From Negaprion brevirostris (taxonomy: Eukaryota): DNA of 64,000 nt. Positions 53,738 through 64,000 of the stretch are shown here, piece after piece (the stretch's first letter is position 1; every line of letters begins with the position of its first letter). Both the position numbers and the translations under genes were made by a program. The notes below the pieces were generated by a model. That model was not told where the DNA came from and ran no database searches. It saw nothing but the letters and a program-made list of their open reading frames with translations. The DNA is taken from NCBI GenBank assembly GCA_030324005.1, contig JARDVH010000073.1:84009376-84073375 (forward strand). The letters are read 5' to 3'.

Positions 53738-55045
53738 CTAGAATCAATAAGAAAAACACCAAGCAAAATCAGATCATCACTGTTAATAATCTCCACATTA
53801 TTAAACCTAAATCAGAACTTTGTGGGTCATTGTGGGAAATTTCTGCTGAAAAGTTAATAATTATTACCATATTTTCTGAATCAGAGGTAAATGACAATTG
53901 ATAGCATTTTGATATTTTCAGCAGTGAAGTTAGACATAAACCATTATCAACCCACAAATAATGAGTGAGACTGCCCTTGAATTGTATTGTGTACATGCAA
54001 GTTATGTGGTGCTATCATTTTGACATGGCTTTGAGTAAACATTTCTTGGGGTGGAGTACAGAGAAGTGGGTTTATGTAGGAATCATTTATTTTGTAAGAA
54101 CAAATCTGCTCAACATTCAGGGAGACATAAGTCACTAAGTTAAAAAACTAAGGGACATCAGGCATAACTAATACAACTAAAGGGTCGTAGAGTTGCGTAA
54201 TGAAGTCAGGAATGGCTGTTCATGTGTACAGTGGTAACAAATTCTAGGGACAATTGAAAGTGTTTCTGGAGATATTAAAGGAGGATAGGAGTGGCTGATT
54301 CAAGAAAGACTAGACTTATTTTTATAATTGGCATAATTCATAATTTTTATATTTAGGTTAACAATGAACTGCTGTTGCAATTGTGGAAGAAATCCCTCTT
54401 CTTATTCAGGTATTATCTAATCATCACCCAACTCTGATATAGAGATTAGCAAAAGGATAATTCATTAACAAATAAGTAAAAATTTAATAGGCTCTGAATT
54501 CAACAGTGTGGAGCTTGTTTGATAGATATAAAATGGGAAATTTAGCAATGGGAAGACCGATACCTAGTTTGCAATGGACACAGACCATGACTAAATTCAA
54601 CTATACTTTTATTTAAGCAGCAAATTTTGAAATGAGGTTTCTGCAGCCCTTTTCATTGCCCTTCTCTAAAGTGTGAAAAGTAGTCAAAACTTCCATTGCT
54701 CTAAACTTGGCCAACTTTTTCAAGTTCTATTGTGGCCTAACCAACAGTCCTTAAAGGGAAAGATTTATCTTGAAACTTATCTCAATGTGGAAGCAGAAGG
54801 AGCAGAGACTACTTGAAACAGTTAGATGACTACTCCACTGAGGCACCGATTTGCCATTTCCAGCTTGTACAAAATGTCAATGAAAACCAATTGAAAAGTA
54901 ATTTAGGTCTCCGAAATACCACATTGACTGGGCACAACAGGTGAATCCCCGATATTGTGTCTATTTGTGGCCCAAGCCCAAAGCTTATCCCACATAATAA
55001 TTAATGGCACACCATATGTAGAATACAATAAGAAAAATTGTTTAC

Positions 55046-55092
55046 CTGAACAGTTATTCTCGGTACAGTTCCAAATGCCACTAATGCAAATA
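55046..55092 (-). CDS. otog: otogelin small exon (47 nt), E1 end: (C)ICISGIWNCTENNCS
   Basis: Acceptor ttgcag, donor gtaaac; phase 2 to 1; CxCxxGxWxC motif. Confidence 0.9.
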
Positions 55093-55282
55093 CTGCAACC
55101 AAATAAAGATATTTAAAGTGAAATGAATTGAAATAATACTTCAATTCCTTACTAGGACATTTTTTTAAAAATCAATTTACAATTATAAAAATATGTAACA
55201 CTTTGACAACAGAATATTTAGCACCATCAGAAAGTGTGAGAAATAGAAGGCAATAGCGAAATGAGGAAAATTTATTATAACA

Positions 55283-55284
<2 letters not shown>

Positions 55285-55348
<64 letters not shown>
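55285..55348. repeat. (GT)32 microsatellite
   Basis: Perfect dinucleotide run read directly. Confidence 0.98.
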
Positions 55349-55351
<3 letters not shown>

Positions 55352-56559
55352 TTCAATGCAAGGGATGGGGGATGTGAAAATATGGAAGTTGTGTATTGGA
55401 AAAAGAAGTAAGGAGAAGAGTATTAGCTTGAAACTGGTGAATAGGTGTATTGTACCAGTGTAGCTGGATAGAAGAGTGCCAATTTGAATTCAAAGAGGGG
55501 TACAGTTGTCAAAATGAACTAGAAGTAGAAAGATATGTTTCTATTGCATTGTGACAGCTGGTTGGATGCCTGTGCTTCCTGTTTAGAGGCAGGGAGCATT
55601 TAATCGGGATTTTTCAACCACCTCTGCACAATTATGTCTGAGGCAGGAAGGCCAACTTAAGGTTGTTATCTTGCCACCACTGGTATTCAACACACTCAGC
55701 CTGATTAAGAGGTCCAAAATCAGAAAATTGCTGGAAGTTGAGGTGGGGGGGGATGCCCTCCAGTGGATGCATTATTGGTATTCCCTGGTGGCACTGCCAT
55801 GTAACTGAGAGCTTCCAGTCTCTGACAAGCAGATTTCAGAGGAGGAAGGGGAGGGGTTGTAGGATTGCCATCCCTGGGGTCTGAAGTTCTGCTGGCCAAG
55901 TAAGTGCCTGATTGACAATTAATATGGCAGAGCTTCTCTAACCGCCATCACCTGGATTAAATTTCACCCAGTGTTTCTAAACCAGATCTGGAAAAGATCA
56001 AGTGCCTCTCAGAAGCTGGGTCCCTTAGATCTTCATGTATTTATGCTTGCCTTCCACATGATCAGAAGATTACATCCAAAGATTAGAATCCATAATCTTC
56101 AGTGAGAGTGCTGACACTAAGCTACAGCTGACACAAGGATAGTCCCTTGGGTGTTTAANNNNNNNNNNNNNNNNNNNNNNNNNNNNNNNNNNNNNNNNNN
56201 NNNNNNNNNNNNNNNNNNNNCCCATTGTTTCTTGCGTCCTGCCATGTAGACGTCTGTCTGGTGAAAAATTGTAAAACAGGAGTTACAGACAAGAAATATA
56301 TGTCTGTGAGAAGGATGGATTATTGACAACAGGACTGCGTTTCTGCTTTTATGGGTGGAAATGGGGATGCACAGTGGGTTCAGAACTGGTGTGATAGATA
56401 GTTGCACTGTTTCAAATTAGCTGAAGTGTACCTAACTTGGTGCATCCTGAGCACTCCTAGAGACTAAGTGTACGCCTTCAGATACCCTTGCCATAGTAGA
56501 TTCCTCCTTCGACTGCTCCTCCACCTTCTCCCATGTAGCACGGTTAACATTTCCTCCTC

Positions 56560-57000
56560 ATGCAGCTCCAATCCTCTCTGTTACACAATGTTGAGCAAGG
56601 CACAACAGACCATTATAATTTGGGACATCCTCGCTAATACACACTGAAGGGAGCCCCCAGATCTGTCCTGGCGCCTGAATCACATCTTCAGCATTTCGAT
56701 GGCTTCCTCAGTGATCACACTTATGTTCATGTGGCTTCGGTAGTGCCTTTCCTGGACATCAGTGATAGGCTTCCTCACAGGTTTCATCTGCCAGATACTT
56801 ATAGACTGTAATCTTTGTCCCAAAGGGACCATCCATTCATATTGTTTGAAGTACAAAGAGCTGTGAGAGAATTGACTGACGCAGAATGAGGCAATATGGC
56901 AACTCACTGGGAATCTTGCACATATATGGATGATGAGCTTTTGCTAGTTGTATAGCAGCTGAATTAATGAAGTGCAATTCCTTTCAATTGATGAATACTG
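56560..57000 (-). mobile_element. HARBI1-like (PIF/Harbinger) DDE transposase relic
   Basis: FIN*K..., IIHICARFPVSCH, GW..WDKDYSL (GDKGYPL-like), WQMKPVRKP..ERHYRSH..ITEEAIEMLKM*FRRQDRSGGSLQ..IIMVCCALLN; frameshifted. Confidence 0.8.
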
Positions 57001-57071
57001 ATCAGTAATCTGAGTTGCTTTGATTGTCAAATATGACAACATGTTATCATTCCCTTTACTTATAGGAATCC

Positions 57072-57210
57072 TGATGTGGAGATGCCGGCATTGGACTGGG
57101 GTAAACACAGTAAGAAGTCTCACAATACCAGGTTGAAGTCCAACAGGTTTATTTAATAGTAAACCCACAAGCTTTCGGGGTATGCCCCTTCATCAGGTGA
57201 GTAGAGAGTT
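57072..57210 (-). mobile_element. Penelope-like terminal fragment carrying a hammerhead motif
   Basis: Homologous to 3967-4093 and 26098-26181; contains CTGATGA..GAAA on the minus strand. Confidence 0.65.
57163..57202 (-). ncRNA. Minimal type I hammerhead ribozyme motif
   Basis: ACUCAC CUGAUGA A GGGG CAUA CCCC GAAA GC U U GUGGGU: 6-bp stem I, complete core, 4-bp stem II and a palindromic AAGCUU helix III. Confidence 0.72.
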
Positions 57211-57239
57211 CTGGTCTCTGACAGAGCAATTGTGCTCTG

Positions 57240-57680
57240 AAAGTAGCTGCACCTCTGACCAAACTGTTCCAGGAAAGCTCAACAGGCAATTAATCAACAG
57301 CCTTAATCCAAGGATGAACAAAAAAATCTGAATTCAAGAGGTGAGGTGAGACTGACTGCACTTAACAAGGAGGCAGCATTTGACCATGTGTGGCATCAAG
57401 GTATCCTGGTCATGCTGAAGTCAATGGGAATCAGGGGAAAACTTTCCAATGGCTGTAGGCTTTCCTAGTACAAAGGAAGATGATTGTGCTTGTTGAAGGC
57501 CAATTATCTTAGACCCAGGACATTTCTGCAGGTCTTCGTTAGAGTCACACCCTAGGCTCAATTGTTGCTTCATCAATAACCTTCCCCTCCATTGTAAGTT
57601 CAGAAGTAGGGAAGTTCATGAATGACTGCACAGTGTTCAGTACAAATTACAAATCCTTAGATACTGAAGCAGCTCTTACC
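57240..57680 (+). mobile_element. Non-LTR retrotransposon RT fragment (CR1/L2 group); possibly related 3' tails at about 14860-14965 (+) and 32027-32165 (-)
   Basis: EVRLTALNKEAAFDHVWHQGILVMLKSMGIRGK (LD...AFD.VWH.G motif), degenerate. Confidence 0.7.
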
Positions 57681-58597
57681 TTCTCCATGTTGGACTTATT
57701 GCAGTGCATTTACTAAACCCTGAATATCTGAATGTTCTTTTACTTAGTCTCTACATAACACTTTCCAGCATCTGTCATTTTAAGTTTCAGAAGTTTCTTA
57801 GTTATTACACCATGGACTCATAGAAAAGCTAAAGAATAACTAGCTAAAAATACCAAATTATATGATAAGTAGATCAAAGTCCCATACTTTATACCAACCT
57901 TTTCATTATTAGTTATTTTAACCAGGTGCTCAAGAGGTCTGAATAACCATGATTCTCTTTGCAGGGCTCTTAGGAACAAATTGATGGAGGTTGAAGTCCT
58001 CTCTCCTGACAAGAACTTTCTCTACCTTATCTCCAAGTCCACCTCACAACTNNNNNNNNNNGTCAAAGGCTTCTAAACCATGAAGGATAATTAATCATAT
58101 GAACCCGAATGATCAAAAGTATAGAATTCTGGAACATTCCTATTATGTGTAATAAGGGTACTTTTCTGACATAGATCCCCTGGAAGTAAGAGTTTCATTC
58201 TGACATTGTATATTGGAAATCCAAACATACCCTTCATTCAAGGTTTGCACCATTAAATTAATGGTTGGAAAATACTACTCAGAATGCACCTGAATTCCTG
58301 ATTAGCTCTCCCTGCAGAGTGAGTAAAGTCAGAAAATCAGCTCAAGTATATTGATCCAGTATATTCTTATCACTTGTTTCTATTCCTATTGTTCTCCATT
58401 TTATCATCCTTGTTGCAATTGGAGGTCCGGTTTTGTTTAAAACCCTCCCTGTCAAGTACATATTTAACAAGGTATCTAAAAACTTGAATTTACATTTATG
58501 ACACATCCTCTAATACATAGCTAATAATACAAGGATTTATAGTTTTTAATGTAAAATAAATTCTACTAAAAATAGAAACAACTCCAAAGTCACTAAC

Positions 58598-58706
58598 CAG
58601 TAGGTGCATTGCTCCTGAATTTCAGAGCCTGATGTATAGGGAATACCTTGAAACATACAAGGACACTCAGTGGGGTTCAAACAGGATCCATTTTCGTGAA
58701 TTAAAC
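58598..58706 (-). CDS. otog: otogelin exon (109 nt), TIL1 end and E1: GLIHENGSCLNPTECPCMFQGIPYTSGSEIQEQCTY(C)
   Basis: Acceptor ctcacag, donor gttagt; phase 1 to 2; ECPC.F.G..Y..GS motif. Not in the ORF track; translated by hand. Confidence 0.93.
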
Positions 58707-58949
58707 CTGTGAGAAGCAATTATATCAATTTACATCTCATTTCTAAAAACATTTTACGTTTGTCAGAAATTTCAATAGGTCATGGTATTAGAAGTTATAT
58801 TCAAGATTTATGTGATAGGCAGGTGCAGGAAATTACTATCTTTTGGATAGCCAGCTGATGAAACTGGAACAAATCACAACATTTCAGTAATAATATTCAT
58901 GCATCAAGAAAAATTTGATTGTTCTATAAGAATACTTTTTTAACAATGA

Positions 58950-59560
58950 CAACCGTATATTTACAACAGTATCTTTAATGTAATGAAACATCCCAAGATA
59001 CTTCACAGGGATAATATAAGACAAAGCATGAGACCAAGCCACATGTTAAGTTTTGAGGTTTGTCTTAAAGAAGGAAAGCATGGGGGTGGGTGGGACGGGG
59101 GGTGGAGAGGGGGGGTTGGAAAAATATGCCAGAGCAACGGAAGGCACAGCCACCAACAGTACAGTAATTAAAATGGGAATGCACAAAAGATCAAGAGCGC
59201 AGATTTCTTGAAAGGTTGTGAGAGTTTACAGTGAGTTGTGGGGGGAGTGGGCAGCTTCGGAGGGAAGGATGAAAATTTTAAAATCAAGACATTACTTGAC
59301 CAGGAATAATTGTAGGTCAGCGAACACAGTAGTGAGAGTGGAATGCAACGTGCTGCAAGTTAAGCAGAGGGTGGAATGTGGGAAACCAGCCAGGATTGCT
59401 TTGGAATAAGAGGTGATGGAGAAATGAATGAAGGTTTCAGCAGCAGATGGACTGAGGCAGGGTGGACTTGGGTGGAAATAGGCAGTTTTTATGATGTTAC
59501 AAATATGACGAAGCTCACCTCAGGATGAAATGTCACACCAAGGTTACAAATAAACTGACT
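58950..59560 (-). mobile_element. L2-like LINE 3' relic
   Basis: Inverted tail ctttaatgtaa..catcccaagatacttcacag followed by purine-rich degenerate ORF2 sequence; a similar tail occurs at about 39955-40090. Confidence 0.5.
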
Positions 59561-59998
59561 TAATGGACTGTTCAATTAAAAATAAAATGTAAACACTTCT
59601 ATTCACTCTGTTATTTGATTTGCTGCATTTTTTCCACTGTCTCTGAATTGTTACTTTAAGTGTGATTTTATTTTCTCTCAGTTAACTTACTATTAGTCTA
59701 TTCTCATCATTTTTAAAGAAAGCATTTAAGAGTTGATTTCACTTTTCTTCCTCCTCCATTCTCATTTGGAAAGAATGGCAATATTTATTTTAAATTACCA
59801 TGTCATCTTATCTATCCAGCCAGATTTAAAGATAATTAAATAACTTAAGATGAAAAGATACATATGGTCTCATTGTCATACAAACATGTCAATTTTTGAA
59901 ACATTAGAACAGGATAGGTTGACAATGGACAAGCAGATAGTATTATCCTTACCTACGAGCATTGATTTTAGCTTAAGTGCTCTAAATTATAACTCTAC

Positions 59999-60124
59999 CT
60001 TTAGGGCAATAGCATCCATCAAGGCAGAGAAAACCATTATCAATGCACTCCTGCTCCAAGCCACATGACACGGGACAACAATCCACACATTCCTGGTGGA
60101 CAAATTCACCTTCACAAACTGCCG
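59999..60124 (-). CDS. otog: otogelin exon (126 nt), TIL1: AAVCEGEFVHQECVDCCPVSCGLEQECIDNGFLCLDGCYCPK
   Basis: Acceptor tttctcacag, donor gtagag; phase 1 to 1; TIL cysteine spacing with DGCYCP. Confidence 0.93.
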
Positions 60125-60801
60125 CTGTGAGAAAAGAAAGCACCAAAATAAAAATGATCAACTGAAATAATTTGGGATTTTCATTCATGGATCATTAAAT
60201 TATTTTCGTAAGAGATAGGTTTTGGAATTCTTACATTTATTACGTGACAACTGCTCTGAGCAATTAAACACTTCCCTAGCTTTGGCTCCCANNNNNNNNN
60301 NCAATCCCAACACTAAATATTTCTAGTCCTTGTTTCGTATCTGCGAGATGTAGAATAAAATTCCCTCTGTGAACCATGTGCCTACAGCTCAATCTAAGTT
60401 GAGTACCTCAAATTATGTCTGCATAAATTTGTACATTTCCCATATTATCCTAATGATCTGTCTAAATAAGATCCTGTGAGATCCCACAATACTGGCAGCA
60501 ACTGTCCACGCAGTCAGTTCACAAGAGCAAAGATCAGAGAGTGTTCCAGTCTGACCCATGACAGAAATCAGTGGAGACAGGACCAGTAAAATTTGGAGAA
60601 CAGCCAAAAGTTGATGAATCTGGAGGGATTTCCAGTCCAATCAAAATTTCACCCACAGTCTCAGATGTTAACTATAATTCATTAGTTACACAAGAATAAT
60701 ACACAAGAACCTTGTACTGATAGTGTTGCAAAAGTCTTTCCAGCAATTGTTCCACATTAAACACAAATTTTGTTGATTTAACTTATTCCTCTTTAGAAAT
60801 A

Positions 60802-61825
60802 TGGGGCCCAATTCTCCCATTGCAACCCATAATTTTTCTGGCAGGTCAGGTTGGGAGATATGCGTATCGGCCATTTCGTGGGTCCCTGTGAGTATTTACA
60901 ACCCGCGCACATCTCCCTACCGGAAGAAAGTGGCGCCATCGGGAATGTGAGAAGTCTGGCAGGAAGCGAGGTAAGTAATTTAAATATGTTTTAAATGTAA
61001 TTTAAATGTCATTTCAACGTGATTATCCATTCCGTGCCAGCCCCAGTAGCATCACCCACCCCATCAGGANNNNNNNNNNNNNNNNNNNNNNNNNNNNNNN
61101 NNNNNNNNNNNNNNNNNNNNNNNNNNNNNNNNNNNNNNNNNNNNNNNNNNNNNNNNNNNNNNNNNNNNNNNNNNNNNNNNNNNNNNNNNNNNNNNNNNNN
61201 NNNNNNNNNNNNNNNNNNNNNNNNNNNNNNNNNNNNNNNNNNNNNNNNNNNNNNNNNNNNNNNNNNNNNNNNNNNNNNNNNNNNNNNNNNNNNNNNNNNN
61301 NNNNNNNNNNNNNNNNNNNNNNNNNNNNNNNNNNNNNNNNNNNNNNNNNNNNNNNNNNNNNNNNNNNNNNNNNNNNNNNNNNNNNNNNNNNNNNNNNNNN
61401 NNNNNNNNNNNNNNNNNNNNNNNNNNNNNNNNNNNNNNNNNNNNNNNNNNNNNNNNNNTGGGCAGTGGAGCGCTCTGGGGCAAGGGGAGTCAGGGCTGGC
61501 CCAGGAATTGTTGTGGGGGCCGTGATCAGGTCATGAGGGGGGTGTCTGGAGGGGCAGCACTGCAGTGGTCCTGGGCTGGCCAGTAATCAAGCTGGCCAGC
61601 AAATGGGCTGACAGATCAGAGCCACTGCATATGCACAGAGTTCCAGAACTTTCAGCCTCTGGCACAAATAGGTCCTGCCCCGCTTCCTGAGTTTTTAATG
61701 AGATTCACGATTGTGACCTCTGCATTGCACAGAGTGGGAAGAATCGAGTGGAAAGCTGCGCTGAAAAAAGTTGTGACTTAGAACAGTTTTCCCACCAATT
61801 CAGCACTTTTGGAAGAATCATCCCC
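60802..61825 (+). mobile_element. About 1-kb non-autonomous TIR element, paralogue of 13714-14723
   Basis: Termini GGGGCCCAATTCTCC / GAAGAATCATCCCC; shares both subterminal sequences with 13714-14723. Confidence 0.7.
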
Positions 61826-63557
61826 ATAAAGTTTTATCATTTAGAAATAAGCTACATGCCTAGGATAGATGTATATATAATCAGCCTGATAGCTAGAGGA
61901 ATAGGTTAGTTCCGTAAGTTTTTTTCACTGGAAGTTACTTCAGGTTTCATTTTCATAGAAATAAGATTAGTGGGGTAATTTATCTTAGGTAATGACGGCT
62001 AGTCTGAAAAGCAACTTGCAGATAATTAGAACAAACAAACAGTAGAAAGTTGTGCTCAGTTTTTTGATTAAATCTTGCTTAAAAAAGTTTAAGAAGACTT
62101 GGACACTGAGGAGAGAAGCCGAAGAAGAAGAAAGAGCTGTTTATGTATGCCAACTGTCCCATCTAAATGAGACTGGTGTTTGCTATGTGCCATGGTAATT
62201 TATCCAAAAAAATGAAGTATCAGGTTCTGACTGAAAACCATTGGGTGGGATTTTACAGCCTCTCCCATCCTGAAACTGGAAAATCCCACACGAGGTCAAA
62301 TGGATCTTTCTCTGATCCGCCTCTTGCCTGCTTCGACTCCCGTGGTGGGCGCAATGCTAAATTTCCAGTTATTTTCTTTCTCCCCCAGAGAAACAGGCAG
62401 GACATTTCTCCAGATCTTCTGACACTTGGTCAAAACAAAAAGCAGGGGAAAGAATGTTTTGCACCATTATTTCTGAAAAGAGCGTCCCTATCTCAAATAG
62501 AAGTTAAAGGCCCCCTTCCCCATCACCACCAGCATCGGGGCACCAGAGTCTCCTCTTCCGTCCCTGCCCTCCTCCCACCCCCATAGTGCAGGCATANNNN
62601 NNNNNNNNNNNNNNNNNNNNNNNNNNNNNNNNNNNNNNNNNNNNNNNNNNNNNNNNNNNNNNNNNNNNNNNNNNNNNNNNNNNNNNNNNNNNNNNNCCGT
62701 CCCTGCCCGCCTCCCACCCCCATAGTGCAGGCATACCTCCTCCTCCCAGCAATGCAGGCTTTCACCCCTTCCTGTAATGCAGGTATATATTGCATCCCCC
62801 TCTCTCCTCATCCTGCAATGCAGGCATTCCCCTCATTCCCTCCCCTGTATTACCCCTGCAATGCAGAAATCCCCTCCCTCCACCATTCCCCTCCTCTCAT
62901 TCTGAGGTCTCGTCAGCATAAATCCAGTTATGACCTCTTGCAAGAATTAGCAGCTGTGACAGGATTTGGACACGTATCGCATGGGCCTGGAAAATCCTAG
63001 CCATAGTCCATTCGATAACCAAAGTGTCCTATTTCATATTAAACTTGATATTTCACCAAATTCGTTGCACTCAATTTTGATTGATTGGTTAGACGTTGCT
63101 AACACTCAACTGTCTTCAAATTTTAAAAAAATATTACATTGCTCTGTGCTAAAGGCATTTTACTTTCTAGGTGCATTTTTTTTTAGGATGGGTACCTATC
63201 TCACACCAACAACTACATAGTCTAAAGTGGAGTCATAGATCCAATGAATGCTGTCAGTTCCAAAGTCATCCACCTCCAGTCACGATGTTGGCGATTTTCT
63301 CAGTTTTTGCCTATCTTGATATTATGACAAACATTACTTTTAATTTCATAACTTGTGACTCAAAAATCTTTGGGTGGGATTTTCCAGCCATACTTAGCTC
63401 AAAACTGGAAAATCCTATCGGAGGTCAACGGACATTTGTATGTATGCCCTCTGCCCACTATGATTTCCATGGCAGGCAGGGTGGGAAAATTTCCCCCTTT
63501 GTGTCATAGCCAACAATCTATAGAACTGGTGGATAAGTCTGTTGCATTGCATCATAC

Positions 63558-63667
63558 CACACTGGTTGAATAACTGTCTCCATTCGTGCAGTGGTCGATT
63601 TGCTTGTGCACAAGCTCTTGCATACTCAGTCAGCACTCCACATAATGTTGTATTATCAAGCCCATAC
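63558..63667 (-). CDS. otog: otogelin exon (110 nt), end of C8-1: [36 protein letters not shown]
   Basis: Acceptor cag at 63670-63668, donor gtatga at 63557; phase 2 to 1; [14 protein letters not shown] motif. Confidence 0.93.
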
Positions 63668-64000
63668 CTGATAGAACGAGGGAAAGTAACAGTATGGATC
63701 AGCAATTGCACAGCCAGATTAATGATGCTTTCTTCATTTAATCAAAAGTCTTGTATTTGACTCCTGAACACTTGCAATCCAGTCAATGAACCTAGCTTTT
63801 CAGAATGCTAAAAATTATACTGTTTAAAACTTGCATAATCTTTCTTTGTCATAAAAAAAATTTATGGGATTATATATTGTATGAAACTACTGATAAATAT
63901 AATAAATATACATTGATAAGGACTTGTAATTCTTTAAACATACTCACATGCAGAGATCATTCACACAGCTGGCCATATATGGATAAGGTTGTACATAATA

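Larger units (their letters stand above)
21939..63667 (-). other. otog: Span of 13 internal exons of otogelin (VWD/C8/TIL/E-module glycoprotein of inner-ear acellular membranes); gene continues beyond both ends of this span
   Basis: All 13 exons have AG/GT boundaries and compatible phases, and they join into one stop-free 1638-nt frame. VWD2 segments ([72 protein letters not shown]) match OTOG better than OTOGL as I recall the human proteins. Confidence 0.88.

Noticed and set aside
62555-62880. Palindromic repeats with spacers, superficially CRISPR-like
   Set aside because: Vertebrate intron, irregular period, low-complexity related spacers and no cas genes.

Overview
Vertebrate genomic DNA from a draft assembly with many N gaps. 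The repeat content (HE1/V-SINE-type tRNA SINEs, CR1/HER1-type LINEs, Deu-domain SINE relics) points to a shark. The whole window lies inside one minus-strand gene, otogelin (otog). I reconstructed 13 consecutive internal exons from 63667 down to 21939, all GT-AG, with matching phases and no stops (1638 nt, about 546 codons). They encode the end of C8-1, TIL1, E1, VWD2, C8-2, TIL2, E2 and TIL'. No further exon was recognisable in 1-21938. The introns are full of nested mobile DNA: CR1 and L2-like LINE fragments, a split Gypsy pol/integrase relic, PIF/Harbinger relics (a Myb/SANT-like gene, a HARBI1-like transposase and many GGGCGG-ended MITEs), and Penelope-like fragments carrying minimal hammerhead-ribozyme motifs. 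One hammerhead (57163-57202) looks intact and is sense to the otog pre-mRNA. The other main observations are the paired loss of an E2 disulfide, OTOG/OTOGL mosaic residues, a fold-back Penelope-like insertion and a 165-bp inverted duplication. I found no clear evidence of a wholly new biological system. Homology calls come from my recall of family motifs, not from database searches.
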